Below, piece after piece: positions 39,254-49,168 of a stretch of DNA of 64,000 nucleotides; within the stretch, counting starts at the first letter, position 1; each line of letters starts with the position of its first letter. The stretch covers positions 320,001-384,000 of the forward strand of contig OZ252287.1 in assembly GCA_965250085.1 (NCBI GenBank). The letters are read 5' to 3'. This DNA is from Candidatus Altimarinota bacterium. Lineage in GTDB: Bacteria > Patescibacteriota > Gracilibacteria > CAIRYL01. Both the position numbers and the translations under genes were made by a program. The notes under the pieces were generated by a model. It did no database searches. It was given only the letters and a program-made list of their open reading frames with translations, and had not been told where the DNA came from.

Positions 39254-40720
39254 ATGAGTGGTGAAAAGGGCTATTTCTCAGGCTATTTCCAAGCAAAGTC
39301 GAAAACAATAAGCGACTATGGAGCGATAGACATATCTTTAGTTTCAGATTTGCCATTGTTTATTGACCCATTTTTGCTTTTCAATAGCAAGAACAAGCAA
39401 TATCAGCAATTGCACAAGGATATTATAAATTATCTGCAATTTTTACGACAAAAATCTCTCTTAGGTGGAATCGATAAGGGGCTGATTACAGCTTGGTACA
39501 AATTTTCAGAGGTTTCACAAAATTGGTTTGGCTATTCTCAATCAGGCAATCGTGGTAGCGGATTAGGAAATATGTTCGCTCAAGCCTTGAATAAGAATCT
39601 ACATAGAATTTTTAGAGATTTTGGAACTGAAAAAATTACACAAGGCAGTCATTTAGAAAAGCTATGTTTAATTGAAAAGGGTGTTGGCAAAGACCATATC
39701 AGCGATTTTACAACAAATCTAATTAAAGAATTTTTATTAGAATACACTCAAGAATTTGCCAAGAAACATATTGATAAGAAGTTTTTAAAGAATTTTGCTG
39801 TTGCAAAGGTTTGCTTCAATTACAAAACCGAAACATGGGAAACAAAAACCTTTCTATTACCAGAATACAAAGGAGATTATGTGCTTCTTACTCCTAGAGA
39901 TATTTTAACTCTAGATGATACGTGGATTAACAAATCTGATTTAGTTTCAGATTTTGAAATGATTCCAAATTGTGTAGAAAATGACCAGATGAGAGGGCAA
40001 ATTAACAATTACTTTTTATCTCAACTACCTGAAAAGGCTACAAAAAAGGATAAATCAGAAGCTGCAATTAAGACTATCAGAAAATATCCAGAGCTTTTTG
40101 ATTACTACATTAAGAGAAAAGAGGAGCAAGGTGATATAGCTGTCGGAGTTAGTGCGGAAAAGGTAAAGAAAGCAGAAGAGCTATTTATTGCAAGAATTAA
40201 AGAATTGGTCCCATTACTCCATTCTCAGAGTCAATTTTATGAGTTAATTGGAGACACTTATAAGGAATCATTGGATAGAGTCAGTTACTTAAAACGGTTT
40301 ATTGAGAGTAATGATGGATACAGGTTTTTCTATCTTAAAGGTAGTCCGATTAAACGGGAAGAAGACCTGCAGTTGTTATACAAGCTAGTTTGGCATGGGA
40401 GTCCTTCTGATGTTAATCGCGAAGTAAATAACGGAAGGGGAGATGTTGATTTTAAAGTATCCAGAGGAAGTGCAGATAAAACGCTTGTAGAATTTAAGTT
40501 GGCGTCAAATACAAAATTAAGACAAAATCTTGCAAAGCAAGTTGAGATTTACGAAGAAGCAAATGACACAAAAAAGAGCTTAAAGGTGATAATGTTTTTC
40601 ACCCAAGAAGAAGAGGTTAAAGTTAGAGATATATTGTCCGATTTAGGTCTTGCTGGTAGTCCGAATGTTATTTTAATTGACGCAAGGAACGACAATAAAC
40701 CATCAGCTTCAAATGCATAA
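39254..40720 (+). CDS. uncharacterised protein with a C-terminal PD-(D/E)XK-like motif
   Basis: 488 aa; DLPLFIDPFLLF N-terminus; REVNNGRGDVDF...VEFKLASN. Confidence 0.7.
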   Translation: MSGEKGYFSGYFQAKSKTISDYGAIDISLVSDLPLFIDPFLLFNSKNKQYQQLHKDIINYLQFLRQKSLLGGIDKGLITAWYKFSEVSQNWFGYSQSGNRGSGLGNMFAQALNKNLHRIFRDFGTEKITQGSHLEKLCLIEKGVGKDHISDFTTNLIKEFLLEYTQEFAKKHIDKKFLKNFAVAKVCFNYKTETWETKTFLLPEYKGDYVLLTPRDILTLDDTWINKSDLVSDFEMIPNCVENDQMRGQINNYFLSQLPEKATKKDKSEAAIKTIRKYPELFDYYIKRKEEQGDIAVGVSAEKVKKAEELFIARIKELVPLLHSQSQFYELIGDTYKESLDRVSYLKRFIESNDGYRFFYLKGSPIKREEDLQLLYKLVWHGSPSDVNREVNNGRGDVDFKVSRGSADKTLVEFKLASNTKLRQNLAKQVEIYEEANDTKKSLKVIMFFTQEEEVKVRDILSDLGLAGSPNVILIDARNDNKPSASNA

Positions 40721-40929
40721 GGATAATTTGGGCTTCTAGCTGTTCTGCAAACCGAAAACACACAAATATACCTAATGAGGATGCAAGGTGCTGTAAATCG
40801 AATCCTAGCAGCATTCAGGAGCTTTTTATATCACCATTCAACATGGTTCTAATTTTAAACGTGACAAACCTTAACTAACTCAGGACAACATGTTAAAATT
40901 AGAACAGCTCTAAGTCATACCTCAATGAA

Positions 40930-42681
40930 ATGTCGAACAATAAAGCAAAATTAGATTGGCGAGAACTCTTAGATGAGTATGAGAATGAAAAAGCAGAAGG
41001 TTATATTCTGTATCTTAGGCGTTCAATAAAAAGAAGAAAGAAAAATGGAATAGCTATTGATGAAGAGGAGGAGAAGCAAGAACGTATAGATAAAGTATCT
41101 ATCGAACAGCAAAGAGAGGTGTGTGAACATATTGCTCAATCACGAAATCTTAAAATCGTTGCAACATACGAAGAAGAAGTCTCAGCAAAAAAGCCAGGTA
41201 AGCGTAGTGAGTTTAAGAAGATGCTCGAACATCTACAAACCAGTAAAAAATCTCTAGGAGTACTTGCATGGGCGCCAGACAGACTTAGTAGGAATGCAAT
41301 CGAGGCTGGAATTCTTATCCAGCAATTTCTGGATAGAGATATAATGGATTTCCAATTTGCTACATATCACTTTAATCAAGATGATACAGGGGTTGAATAT
41401 CTCATGATGGAGTTTGCACGTGCGATGGGTTATTCCCTTCGTCTTCGTAAAAATGTACTAAGAGGAATGTATAAGGGGTTTTTCGATGAAGGAGAGTGGT
41501 TGTTTGCTGATAAGTTTGGATACACTAGCTTACTTAAAACCTTTTCAGGTGGTGAGCGTAAAAGAGTAAAGTTCCCTATACCTCATGAAGGCGATGGAGA
41601 GCTTATGGGGGAATTTGAAGCAGTACAAATGGCTTTTGATTTGAGATTGAAAGGATATTCCTTAGAAAGAATTTCTTCAGAAATAAATAAAAAGGGATTT
41701 ATAACCAAAAAGGGTAAGCGAGGGAAGATGACCAAACAGAAGCTTAGTGGGAACAAAAGTCGTAAAGGTTATCTTCACGATTCTTTTTATTATGGAATGA
41801 TGGAAATGGAATGGGGCAATAAAGATATTTCAGACAGGACTATCTTCGATGACCATGGAACTGAGATTCTATTTACACCTGTTGTTCTAAAGGAGGTGTA
41901 TGACCAAGTTCAGCTAATAAACGATAGTAAGGCGAATATCAAAGCTAAAACTCATGATGACCTACCATTTAGGGGGCAAATCTTTTGTGGGCATTGTGAA
42001 GGTCCATTAACTCCTCAAAATAAGAAGGGGTATGCATATTACTACTGTTATAACCCTACATGTGTAGCGAATAAGGCTCACAGCCAATCAAGTAAGAAGG
42101 CAAAAAATGAAGGAATAACCGGAACAGCTTTGTTTAATGAAATAGGTAAGATAATTAAAAAGGGATTCAAACTCACAAAAGTAGAGTTCACTTATTATCT
42201 CGCTAGCCTAGAGAAACAACACCAAATAAAGAAACAGGTACGAGCAACTGATTTAAAACGCATAGCAGCAAATAAGGGGCATATTAGAAGAGAGATGGAC
42301 CAAAAGACATCTGAGTTCACTGCAGCACTTGGAAGGCTTAGAAGCCCAAATCAGAAGACCATCAAAGCTATGAATAAAGAACATGATAAGAAAATGGCAC
42401 AATTACAAACTCGGTATGATTCAGAGAATGAAAAAGAGAATCATATTAACCAAGCAAATCATGCTTGGACTCAGGATTTGATTCATTGGTTAGAACACAT
42501 GCAAAAAGCCCATACCTACTGGGAAAAAGCTACATTCGACCAAAAAAGGATAATTGCTGAAAATCTCTTCTTAGAACTGGCAATCAAAGATGGGAAATTG
42601 GCTAGCTTTACATACAAAAAACCCTACTCCGCTTTGGAGAAGGCTAATTTGTCATACAATGGTGGACCTGGGAAGACTTGA
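40930..42681 (+). CDS. large serine recombinase (island 2)
   Basis: ILYLRRS, SIEQQ, SAKKPGKRSEF, APDRLSRN, FRGQIFCGHC..YYYC..C; 3' end overlaps the tRNA antisense. Confidence 0.92.
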   Translation: MSNNKAKLDWRELLDEYENEKAEGYILYLRRSIKRRKKNGIAIDEEEEKQERIDKVSIEQQREVCEHIAQSRNLKIVATYEEEVSAKKPGKRSEFKKMLEHLQTSKKSLGVLAWAPDRLSRNAIEAGILIQQFLDRDIMDFQFATYHFNQDDTGVEYLMMEFARAMGYSLRLRKNVLRGMYKGFFDEGEWLFADKFGYTSLLKTFSGGERKRVKFPIPHEGDGELMGEFEAVQMAFDLRLKGYSLERISSEINKKGFITKKGKRGKMTKQKLSGNKSRKGYLHDSFYYGMMEMEWGNKDISDRTIFDDHGTEILFTPVVLKEVYDQVQLINDSKANIKAKTHDDLPFRGQIFCGHCEGPLTPQNKKGYAYYYCYNPTCVANKAHSQSSKKAKNEGITGTALFNEIGKIIKKGFKLTKVEFTYYLASLEKQHQIKKQVRATDLKRIAANKGHIRREMDQKTSEFTAALGRLRSPNQKTIKAMNKEHDKKMAQLQTRYDSENEKENHINQANHAWTQDLIHWLEHMQKAHTYWEKATFDQKRIIAENLFLELAIKDGKLASFTYKKPYSALEKANLSYNGGPGKT

Positions 42682-42736
42682 ACTTCCGACCTCACGATTA
42701 TCAGTCGTGCGCTCTAACCAGCTGAGCTACAGGTCC
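42660..42736 (-). tRNA. tRNA-Ile(GAT)
   Basis: GGACCTGTAGCTCAGCTGGTTAGAGCGCACGACT-GAT-AATCGTGAGGTCGGAAGTTCAAGTCTTCCCAGGTCCACCA. Confidence 0.95.
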
Positions 42737-43032
42737 AGAAAAGTAGAAAGTGAAGAGTTATAAAGTTTTTAAAGTTCAAAATTTTTTATTCTATTACTGA
42801 GAATCAAGAGTTGGACTTTGTTCCTATAGGTCCATAGCCAAGGTATTTTTGTGATTTTTCCGAGGAAAATCAAGAGAAAAGTGAGAACCTCATCTGTGTT
42901 TTCTTTTTCTGGTGCAATGCTTTTGTACTGTTAGATTGCTTTTTTTCTCTAAAAATAAATTTATTCAATCTTAATAAAAATTGCTTTTGAATAAATATTT
43001 TATTCATGAACAAATTTGTAGAACACGAATAT

Positions 43033-43305
43033 TTATTTTTCTCCGATCAAATATTTGCATCCTTCTGCTCCCATTTGAGCTGAATGAACCGTGTTTGCAG
43101 GCACGTCAACCCTCTCCCCTGCTGCGTATATGTGTGTGTTTCCTTCTGAAGTAAGTGTCATCTCTCCTTGCAGAATAACATGTGCTGTTTTTGTTTGGTG
43201 GGTATGGTCTGCGTACAATGTGTATGGCTCGTCTCTCCATACATACACATGTGCATATCCTTCATCTTGAAGTTGCTGCTCGAGTTGAGAAATATCCATA
43301 CACAA
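43033..43305 (-). CDS. small cupin protein
   Basis: HTH...HVILQGEM...VPANTVHSA. Confidence 0.8.
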   Translation of the reverse strand: MCMDISQLEQQLQDEGYAHVYVWRDEPYTLYADHTHQTKTAHVILQGEMTLTSEGNTHIYAAGERVDVPANTVHSAQMGAEGCKYLIGEK

Positions 43306-43308
43306 AAA

Positions 43309-44133
43309 CTAAGAAATTGCATTTTGCATTACTTTTTCTGGAGCATTTTTCCCTATCCAAATTTTGAATTGTTCCATGCCTTGATAGAGAAACATATTTT
43401 TTCCAGAAATAATACGTGATCCTGCCAATTCTGCATCTCGAAGAAACCGCGTTTTTTCTGGAGTATAAACAGCGTCAAAGGCTGTCAAATGTGATCGCCA
43501 AAAATCTTGAGGAAGCGGTGATATTTTTTCATACTTTCCCATCATTCCTAAAGGCGTGGTGTTGATGACGAGTTGATATTCTTCAGGTTGCAAGGCTTCA
43601 GGTTTTTTCCACTGTACTCCAAATTCATGTGCCAACCCTGCTGCGGAATTTTCAGTTTTACTCACAATAATGATTTGATCTGCTCTTTGTTCTCTCAGCG
43701 CAAAAATAATGCTTCTGGCTACTCCACCAGCACCAAGTATCAAAACTTTTTTTGCCTCTACATCATATTGCTCGGCGAGAGATTGAGAAAAACCAATCCA
43801 ATCTGTATTCGTTCCACAAAGTCTCTTCTCTTTCCAATATACAGTATTTACTGCTCCAATTTTCTGAGCTGATTCATCTGTTTTATCCAAGAATTCTATG
43901 ACCGTCTCTTTATAAGGAATACTCACTGCCAAACCTTCTATATTTCTTGCTTTTTTGAAGTTTTGATCAAAAAATGTATTCAATGACTCTGGAGAAATAT
44001 CATATCGTTTAAACACTGCATCAACACCACGGTGTTTGAATGCAGCAGTATGCATTTGAGGAGATTGGGAATGGCTGACGGGGTGAGCAAGAATACCGTA
44101 ATGGAGCATGTCAATCGGAGTCGAGAAAGACAA
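43309..44133 (-). CDS. aroE: shikimate dehydrogenase
   Basis: HSQSPQMH, VSIPYKE, GAVNT, NTDWIG, GAGGVA, INTTPLGM. Confidence 0.92.
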   Translation of the reverse strand: MSFSTPIDMLHYGILAHPVSHSQSPQMHTAAFKHRGVDAVFKRYDISPESLNTFFDQNFKKARNIEGLAVSIPYKETVIEFLDKTDESAQKIGAVNTVYWKEKRLCGTNTDWIGFSQSLAEQYDVEAKKVLILGAGGVARSIIFALREQRADQIIIVSKTENSAAGLAHEFGVQWKKPEALQPEEYQLVINTTPLGMMGKYEKISPLPQDFWRSHLTAFDAVYTPEKTRFLRDAELAGSRIISGKNMFLYQGMEQFKIWIGKNAPEKVMQNAIS

Positions 44134-44140
44134 AGAATGG

Positions 44141-45304
44141 TCAATGATTTTTTAAAGCATTTCGAAAGCTCTTCATCTTTTTACTCTTCATTTTTTTTAC
44201 ACACTTCTCTATGTCTGGAAGAGATTTTAGTGAATCTTTGAGGGCGACCAAATCTCTCGGATTGGCTCTGCCACATGAAATCTTGGCAAGCAATCTTTCC
44301 AAATCATTCACTTGCCTCAGATGAGATTGAAGCTCTTTGAGATCTGCAGGATTTTCCAGCAAATCTTCTACTCCTTCAAGTCTCTGAGTAATTCGCTTAA
44401 TATCTTGAAGGGGATGAAGGATTGATTGCCTGAGCATTCTGCCCCCCATAGCTGTTTTTGTTTCATCAATAGTGTGCACCAAACTCCCCTCTTTCCTTCC
44501 CTCTGCATCCATAAAGAGTTCCAGATGACGAATGGTTTCTACATCAAGATGTAAAGAATCTTTGCTCTTTTCACATCTTATTCCTGCTAGATGCGACACG
44601 TTCCCCTTTTGAGTATCTTGTAAAAATCTCAGCAAGAGCGAAGCAGCATGAACGCAAAGATTTTTTCCTTCAATTCCAAATCCTTTCAGATTTTTTGTTC
44701 TAAAATGTTCAACAAGGTGTGTGTAGGGATCTCGAGCAGGAAGCTGTGTAGAAATCACTGGAAAAAATGATTGAATATCGTTTCTTGAAAATAAATGCTC
44801 TGGAAGTACGAGTTCTTTAAGTTCAAGCCTACGGATCTCTCTTTTTGCCGTTTCGAAGTCGTCTATCTCTCTCACAAAAAAATCCCCTGTGGAAAGATCA
44901 CTTGCAGCAAGGGCAAATTCTCCACTTTGCTCTGCCAGTGCTCCCAAAAACTGATGCTCCTTGGATTCGAGCACTTGTTCAGAAAAAGTTGTTCCAGGAG
45001 TAATCACCCTCACTACCTCTCGTTTTACAATCCCCGGAAGAGAGGGGTCAGACACTTGCTCAGCAATTGCTATTTTTTTTCCTACCTTGGTCAGCTTGGC
45101 CAGATAATTATCCGCTGCATGATAGGGTATCCCGCACATCGGCACTGGGTCAGGAGCGTCTTTGTGCCGTGCTGTAAGTGTGATTCCCAATATTTTGGAA
45201 GCCTCTTTGGCATCTTCTCCAAACATTTCATAAAAATCTCCCAGACGAAAAAATAAAATCGCATCTGGATATTCATCCTTCATTTTATTATATTGCCGTT
45301 GCAT
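44141..45304 (-). CDS. mutS: MutS N-terminal part only (mismatch-recognition and connector domains; no ATPase)
   Basis: FFRLGDFYEMF, PMCGIPYHA, RVITPGT, TKTAMGGRML, DLERL; stops at 387 aa. Confidence 0.85.
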   Translation of the reverse strand: MQRQYNKMKDEYPDAILFFRLGDFYEMFGEDAKEASKILGITLTARHKDAPDPVPMCGIPYHAADNYLAKLTKVGKKIAIAEQVSDPSLPGIVKREVVRVITPGTTFSEQVLESKEHQFLGALAEQSGEFALAASDLSTGDFFVREIDDFETAKREIRRLELKELVLPEHLFSRNDIQSFFPVISTQLPARDPYTHLVEHFRTKNLKGFGIEGKNLCVHAASLLLRFLQDTQKGNVSHLAGIRCEKSKDSLHLDVETIRHLELFMDAEGRKEGSLVHTIDETKTAMGGRMLRQSILHPLQDIKRITQRLEGVEDLLENPADLKELQSHLRQVNDLERLLAKISCGRANPRDLVALKDSLKSLPDIEKCVKKMKSKKMKSFRNALKNH

Positions 45305-45407
45305 AGGAGTTATTTTTTTCAGATATATTCTACAAATCTAAAAAAGCCTATCTATTGTAGAGAGGAAATATCTTTTGCTCAATTCAATCATTTTTAAAAT
45401 TTTGGCT

Positions 45408-46580
45408 TCATACAGAATCTTCGTTTACCGGCAAATCCTCCTGAGCCAGGCATGCAAAAAATGCCTTTTGTAAAGCATCGGAAAGAATACGAACTTTTTC
45501 TGTTGCAATAACAAAATCATGCAAATGAAAATCTACATGATGAGGATGGTCTCTTGAAACTTCACTCTTCAAAAAATCCACAAAAACTCCTCGTCTGTAC
45601 TGCTCCGCCAATTGAGTAGCCATGTCTTCTGCGCTGTACCAATACGCTCCCTTAGGATTATCAGGAGATCCAAAAGTGCAGGGGATCCCCAGAGAATTGA
45701 GTCTTCCGTGAATTTCATTCGCAAGCTGATGGTGAGAAAGATGATTTTTATGAGAATCAATCGTAAAAACTACATTTGTTCTTTCGCTTTTTGGAGTCCA
45801 AAAGATTTTTTCGGTGTAATCTTGCTCATGAGCCTCAATCTTTCCTGGCTCCATGTGAACAAAATCAACTTCTTTTTTACCATGCTGATGGCCTTTTGGA
45901 TGATATGGATTCATCATATGAAGATTGAAGTAGAGTCCTTCATTTTCCGTGACTTCTTGCAAAAAGTGATGGGTGATCTGCATATAGACATCGTGAAACT
46001 CTCTGATGAGACGTTCCACCAGTTGCCAGTGTTTTTCCAAATCAATAATTTCTTTTATCGGGAACATCCGATTGGAGTCTATGACACGAGGATACAAAGC
46101 TCGTATCACAACCGCTCTGACAGAATCTTTTTTTTCAGTAATGTCCGCGTTTCCAATTCCCTTTGCCAGTTCGTGTGCAATTGGAGTGCTTCCTCTGTCT
46201 CCTTCTATGAGGCAATATTTCAAAAGCGTATGAAAGTCATCACGACATGCCTGCAAATATCCAGTTGCTTCAACACGAAAAAAATGAAGCACATCATTGA
46301 GAGAAGCGGTGCCTCCGTGGGGATCCAAAATAGCGCAGGCAAGTGGCGCATTTGGGTCTCCATAGTATGTCACTTCTGCTATTCCGGGAAATATGAGGTT
46401 TTCCCGGCGTTGTTCTGAGTCTACAGAATAATGATCCATCAAAAATCCATTCCCATTGCTCCATGATTGGTGTGCTTTGGTTAAATGCCGGACTTGAAGC
46501 GGTGTTGGAGGAGTAATAGCAAGGTCACTGTTTCCAGTAGAATGAGTTTTTGTGGGAGTATTTGCAGATTCTCTCGTCAT
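45408..46580 (-). CDS. hypothetical protein, possibly a divergent N-formylglutamate amidohydrolase fold
   Basis: DPHGG, RVIDSNR, FHDVY, NLHMM in the order of FGase motifs. Confidence 0.5.
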   Translation of the reverse strand: MTRESANTPTKTHSTGNSDLAITPPTPLQVRHLTKAHQSWSNGNGFLMDHYSVDSEQRRENLIFPGIAEVTYYGDPNAPLACAILDPHGGTASLNDVLHFFRVEATGYLQACRDDFHTLLKYCLIEGDRGSTPIAHELAKGIGNADITEKKDSVRAVVIRALYPRVIDSNRMFPIKEIIDLEKHWQLVERLIREFHDVYMQITHHFLQEVTENEGLYFNLHMMNPYHPKGHQHGKKEVDFVHMEPGKIEAHEQDYTEKIFWTPKSERTNVVFTIDSHKNHLSHHQLANEIHGRLNSLGIPCTFGSPDNPKGAYWYSAEDMATQLAEQYRRGVFVDFLKSEVSRDHPHHVDFHLHDFVIATEKVRILSDALQKAFFACLAQEDLPVNEDSV

Positions 46581-46644
46581 AAAAGTCCTAACAGTTTGAT
46601 GACCTTCTACTTTAAAAAGTGTGTTTTGTCAATTTGCCATATGA

Positions 46645-48285
46645 CTACACAACTGTTTTTACATAACACTTCTCACAAAGTATTTTTTGATACTTGAGAT
46701 ACTCTGGATAATATGTGACCGTTTGTGTCTTGCACAAATGACATGATACTTCCCGAGGGGTAAAGGTCATGAGTTGCCGGAATCGCTGAAGATTTCTTTC
46801 TTCCGGATAATACTGGGGGAGCGGCAGATTGTGCTGCCGATAAAAATCTAATTCCGGCTTGATAAAATTGTATATTTTTCCGGTTTGAGCACAGGCAATA
46901 ATCTCTTTCAAATATTCATCTGTTATTTCCTGTGTGGTATCTGGAAGCTCTTTTCCGGAAATACCCTTCTCATCATTTTGAGGAATTTCTTCCCAAAATC
47001 CGCCTTTGCTTCGAACTGATTCTTGTGTTTCTGTATTGTAATAAAAGGCTCCCAGTGACAGATTAAAACCGTTATAAGCAAAACGATAGGGAAAGAACTC
47101 TCCATATTCTCCATATTGTTTCATATGCTCAATGATTTTTGGAACAAGCTTTTTATAGTCTTCCTCAGAATACTGCTTATTTAAAATGCAGCACCTTTGA
47201 CGTTTCAAGCCAACACACCCAAAAAGATTCTCAGAACTATAACATTGGTCAATATACTCACTGTCATGACAGTCCATGCAATAATTGGCAAAGTTTACAT
47301 TATTGAGGTCAACACTCTGACATGCTTGATAGCAGAGTTCGCAGGTAAGCAGTCCACTCACATCTTGGCAATTCTTGCTTTGCAATCCTCGCTGAAAATA
47401 CGCACAATCTTCACTTTCTTCCAAGAAGTATGTTTCTGAGCAATTCTTACATTTGGTGATATGATTTCCCGTGCAATTCTGCGCCTGGATTCGGAAATGT
47501 GCCCGATGGAATGCTTCCGTTTGGAGATATTTTTGAAATTTTACTTTTTGATTTTCTAAAAATTTTCGGGAGTTGAGTTGAAAAGTTTTTAATTTGGAAG
47601 AATATTCTTCTTTTGAATATGGCTTATTGAAGATGTGGTATTGCTTGTTACGAAGATTTGAACACATGAAAGAGTCACGAGTGTTATGACAATCATAGAG
47701 AAAATATGAATCGCGACATTGTCTGCAATGAAGAGAAAAGTACAGATTATAACTCTCAAAACAATATGTGCATTCATAGCATTCATTCATGTCAAAACAG
47801 TATGTGAGATCGAGGGAATCTTTTGAACGAATAAGACGATACACATAGTAAACGTCTTCACAATGAACCATAGATCTACTCATGTATGCATTTTTTGAGA
47901 AATACACGTCATCAGCGTAATCACAATTCTGATTATTTTTTCCAAGCTGATGAAAATGCGGAGTTTTACACTGGAGTTCATACAACTGATCAAAAAATGA
48001 ACAATCCCAGTCGATTTCTTGTTCTGGCGGTGTCCATTTATCTGAAAACCAGTATTCTCTTTTGTATACTGGAAAACGTGCCTGAGGAGGGAATGTAGAA
48101 ATAATAGATTCTCCGGAAAAATCACATGTCCGTTTTTGGAGCATTCCAAATGGCCAATGTGCGAGGCGTTGTTGTCGACGACAATCTGGACAGAGAGATG
48201 GCTCTGGTACATTTATGGTTGTATAAAAAGCTCGATCCGAGTCAAGAATTTTGAATTTAGCCGCGCATTGGGAACAAGATGCCAT
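46645..48285 (-). CDS. Cys-rich zinc-ribbon/repeat protein
   Basis: CSQC, LCPDCR, many CxxC repeats, FGCVGLK, EYGEFFP, CEKCY. Confidence 0.75.
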   Translation of the reverse strand: MASCSQCAAKFKILDSDRAFYTTINVPEPSLCPDCRRQQRLAHWPFGMLQKRTCDFSGESIISTFPPQARFPVYKREYWFSDKWTPPEQEIDWDCSFFDQLYELQCKTPHFHQLGKNNQNCDYADDVYFSKNAYMSRSMVHCEDVYYVYRLIRSKDSLDLTYCFDMNECYECTYCFESYNLYFSLHCRQCRDSYFLYDCHNTRDSFMCSNLRNKQYHIFNKPYSKEEYSSKLKTFQLNSRKFLENQKVKFQKYLQTEAFHRAHFRIQAQNCTGNHITKCKNCSETYFLEESEDCAYFQRGLQSKNCQDVSGLLTCELCYQACQSVDLNNVNFANYCMDCHDSEYIDQCYSSENLFGCVGLKRQRCCILNKQYSEEDYKKLVPKIIEHMKQYGEYGEFFPYRFAYNGFNLSLGAFYYNTETQESVRSKGGFWEEIPQNDEKGISGKELPDTTQEITDEYLKEIIACAQTGKIYNFIKPELDFYRQHNLPLPQYYPEERNLQRFRQLMTFTPREVSCHLCKTQTVTYYPEYLKYQKILCEKCYVKTVV

Positions 48286-48391
48286 AGATGTATACTACCT
48301 TTTGCACAAAAAAAAACACAAATTTTTCTTGAATTTGTAGCACCGTAAAAAAAACAAAGTTACAATCTTTGAGGATCTATTCATTGAAATT

Positions 48392-49096
48392 ATGAGAGAC
48401 ACTTGGAGCGTCTTTGATGTCATTGGACCCGTCATGGTAGGTCCTTCCAGCTCACATACTGCTGGGGCATGCAAACTGGGGTATATGGCGCGTATTATCT
48501 TTGGACCGCAACCAAAAAAAGCGATTTTAAAACTCCATGGTTCTTTTGGTGAAGTTTATGCTGGTCATTGTACTGATATTGCAATCATCGGTGGACTTCT
48601 CGGAATGTTGCCATGGGATCCGGATATTCAAAATGCACGTGCAATTGCAAAAAAACAAGGAATGGAAGTACAAATCATCCCCTCTAATCTGGGAAATCAA
48701 TATCACCCCAATACAGTACAGCTTGAGCTCTCTGATGACGAGCGATCTCAGGTTATCATCGGTGAATCCATTGGTGCCGGAAGAATACGAATTACTCAAA
48801 TAGACAAGGTTCCTGTTTCTATCAATGGAGCTTATTCATGTCTTTTGGTGGAATATGATAATACCAAATTTGATATTTCCAAGCTTATGGATACCGCCAA
48901 TAAGAGAAATGTTTCTTTCGTTAATATTGAAACAACACGATACAAAAATCGATCTATCGCTGACATTCAGATTAAGGAATGGTTTGAACGGGATGTTATT
49001 TTTGAAACAGAAGAGCTTCCTGGTGTGCATTGGGCTCGATTTATAAATCATACTTCTCACTATGGAGAAGGAAAAAAAATGTTGTGTAGTTTTTAG
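48392..49096 (+). CDS. sdaAB: L-serine dehydratase beta subunit
   Basis: VFDVIGPVMVGPSSSHTAGA, HPNTV, SIGAG. Confidence 0.92.
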   Translation: MRDTWSVFDVIGPVMVGPSSSHTAGACKLGYMARIIFGPQPKKAILKLHGSFGEVYAGHCTDIAIIGGLLGMLPWDPDIQNARAIAKKQGMEVQIIPSNLGNQYHPNTVQLELSDDERSQVIIGESIGAGRIRITQIDKVPVSINGAYSCLLVEYDNTKFDISKLMDTANKRNVSFVNIETTRYKNRSIADIQIKEWFERDVIFETEELPGVHWARFINHTSHYGEGKKMLCSF

Positions 49097-49168
49097 TCAT
49101 TTGAAATTTAAAATTCATAATTTCCGCCACAGGCGGACAGGCTCCATTCATTATTTGTAATTACTCCC

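Larger units (their letters stand above)
30151..42666. mobile_element. genomic island 2 (~12.5 kb, defence cargo) integrated at the 3' end of tRNA-Ile(GAT)
   Basis: AATGGTGGA direct repeat at 30151-30159 and 42658-42666; large serine recombinase, resolvase, MerR-type HTH, type III RM. Confidence 0.85.
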
